A stretch of 61,781 nucleotides of DNA, counting the filler, from Chloroflexota bacterium (GTDB lineage Bacteria; Chloroflexota; Chloroflexia; QHBQ01), in NCBI GenBank assembly GCA_043754535.1. It is 6 parts of 6 records of this genome, joined end to end, with 100 filler letters (N's around TTAATTAATTAA, not from the genome) between each part and the next. Parts side by side here need not be neighbours in the genome. Positions count along the whole stretch, not along the records: positions 55,656 to 61,781 come from JAYUUN010000012.1; 5 more parts are not named here. The stretch is one strand, 5' to 3'. The translations under genes and the position numbers were made by a program. The stretch's first letter is position 1; every line of letters begins with the position of its first letter. Positions 60,245-61,781 of this stretch are shown piece after piece. The notes beneath the pieces are model-generated. The model ran no database searches. It was not told where the DNA came from and worked only from the letters and a program-made list of their open reading frames with translations.

Positions 60245-61435
60245 TAAGTTCGCGCCCCACGAACTGGGCAGGTGATGGGGCATGATCAGGTGGGTGAAAT
60301 TAGGCCGGTTGGGGCTGCGAAACACGCCGGGATCGGTTGGGCCGTTCAGGTCAACTGTTATCTCGACCAGCCCCAGCTTGCGGAGGGCGGCCAACATGTC
60401 CAGCAGATAGTAGATGTCGAAGCCAACCCGCAGGTTCGCCCCGGCGACTGTCAATGTCGGCAGCAGTGGCGGTGTCACATCCTCGCGGGGCGGCCAAGCG
60501 GCGGCGGTTGCGGTTCCGGTGGCACTGTCCAGCACCAGTCGCACGGTGTTGTCGTTCTTGCCCATACCCGCCGTGACCGCTTGCAGGGCCGCAGCCGCAG
60601 CCGCCACGTTCAGCCGCACGCAGGTTGACCCCGGCTGTTGCGGGATGAACTCTGTGTTGGGGCGGCAGCCCTCGGCCAGATAGACGGTGAGTCGGGTGGT
60701 AATGTCTGCGGCTGTCCACTCAAAGATTGCCCAGCTACTACGTGGGTGCAGCGACAGCGTGACCGGGACTTCAGCGGCACGGTTGGTTGGCAGCAAGGCT
60801 TTGAGAGTAGTCAGAGCCGCCGTCGGGAACAGCAACCGGGTTGCCGCCACATCGAGGTTGCCGGACTGATAGGCCAGCCGGTCGCTGGCGATGCGGAAGC
60901 CATCGCTGGTCTCTACCAGCACCTCGCCCGGCTGGTCAAACTCAAACACAACACGGCTGTACCGCTCAAGGTAGCTGTCTGTCCCAGCGACTGCGCTGCT
61001 GAACAGCGTGGCTGTAAGCGTGTCAGTGAGGTTGCTGGCAGCAAAGGTCGCCAGCACGCGATCAAGTTGTGGCTGCGCGATGATGGGGAACTCCCCCGCA
61101 TCCATACCAGCCAGCATCTCCGTTTCGCTGCTCGCCAACTGCACATCCAGCCCCGTGCTAGTCAGGGTCAAGGTCTGCCCACGTTGACCAGCTACAGCGT
61201 TGGTGATCGCCTTGTGCGGCACGGCGACCGCCCCAGCCGCTGCTACCTGTGCAGGCATGGTGACGACGATGCCCACCTCAATGTCGGTGCCGCTGATCGT
61301 GAGCTTGTCCCCCTCGCCCTCAAGTAGCACATGGCCGAGGATCGGTAGGCCCAAGGCCCGATTACCCCTTGCTACCGCCCGCCTTACCCGCTGAAGCTGG
61401 CCGCTCAGTTTGCTGGCCGCTATCTTAATTTGCAT
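60245..61435 (-). CDS. dnaN: Divergent DNA polymerase III beta clamp (element-encoded); ends at TTA 60245-60247 (standard-code end 60143)
   Basis: LPILGHVLL...SGTDIEVG, EFPII, TSDGFRIA, GFDIYYLLD, HLIMP. Confidence 0.82.
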
Positions 61436-61459
61436 GGTTGAACCCCCATTCTCTCAACA

Positions 61460-61488
61460 ATTATACCATAGTATTGTGCTTTTGTCAA
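61460..61488 (-). promoter_or_regulatory. Consensus sigma70 promoter for the dnaN-like gene
   Basis: TTGACA-17 nt-TATAAT with extended TG on the minus strand. Confidence 0.85.
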
Positions 61489-61689
61489 TACCAAGTAATC
61501 AGGCTAACGGCTCATACTGCCGCTGGAACGCGGCCAGCCCACGTTTGATGCAAAGGTGTGTCTCCGTGATCATTATTCCCCCTCGCTCACTGGCAGACCC
61601 CCGGCGGTGGTCAGGACGGCGGTCAAGTTGTTGGCTCATCGTTCCTCTCCTTTGGGGCGGGTTTGCCGCCCCGTCAAGCTCGTGGTCTA

Positions 61690-61781
61690 TTAGTCGTAGC
61701 GACCGCCGTCATAGTCCTCATATGCCAGATCGCTGTTATCTTCGTCAAAGTCAATGGCGGCAGGGTCGTTCCCAGCCTCGT
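61690..61781 (-). CDS. Acidic C-terminal end of a gene entering from beyond the window
   Basis: ...DFDEDNSDLAYEDYDGGRYD-TAA-TAG. Confidence 0.45.
   Translation of the reverse strand, partial: EAGNDPAAIDFDEDNSDLAYEDYDGGRYD

Overview
GC-rich bacterial sequence, most likely a Chloroflexota genome bin (inferred from Chloroflexi-type 'QYFERARFE' repeat proteins and gene content). It consists of six contigs joined by 100-bp N/TTAATTAATTAA linkers: 1-2482, 2583-22618, 22719-42564, 42665-49172, 49273-55555 and 55656-61781. Contigs 1-3 are chromosomal: DegS-like kinase, queA, miaA, polX, a system II cytochrome c maturation operon, glycosyltransferases, P450, PP2C, hspR, tRNA-Gln and a partial 5S rRNA. 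Contigs 4-6 are mobile or defence DNA: a C5-MTase-nuclease, a DISARM-like helicase/MTase cluster, and element genes with a beta-clamp and Rad52-like annealase. The main discovery is that TTA (UUA) appears to be a fourth stop codon. By manual scan no credible gene has an internal in-frame TTA, yet 8 of about 48 gene ends have an in-frame TTA where the protein should end. Reading TTA as stop removes a spurious fusion and several long overlaps, creates a TTATG stop/start coupling, and gives two convergent gene pairs that share one TTA/TAA triplet. CDS coordinates below use TTA=stop where noted.
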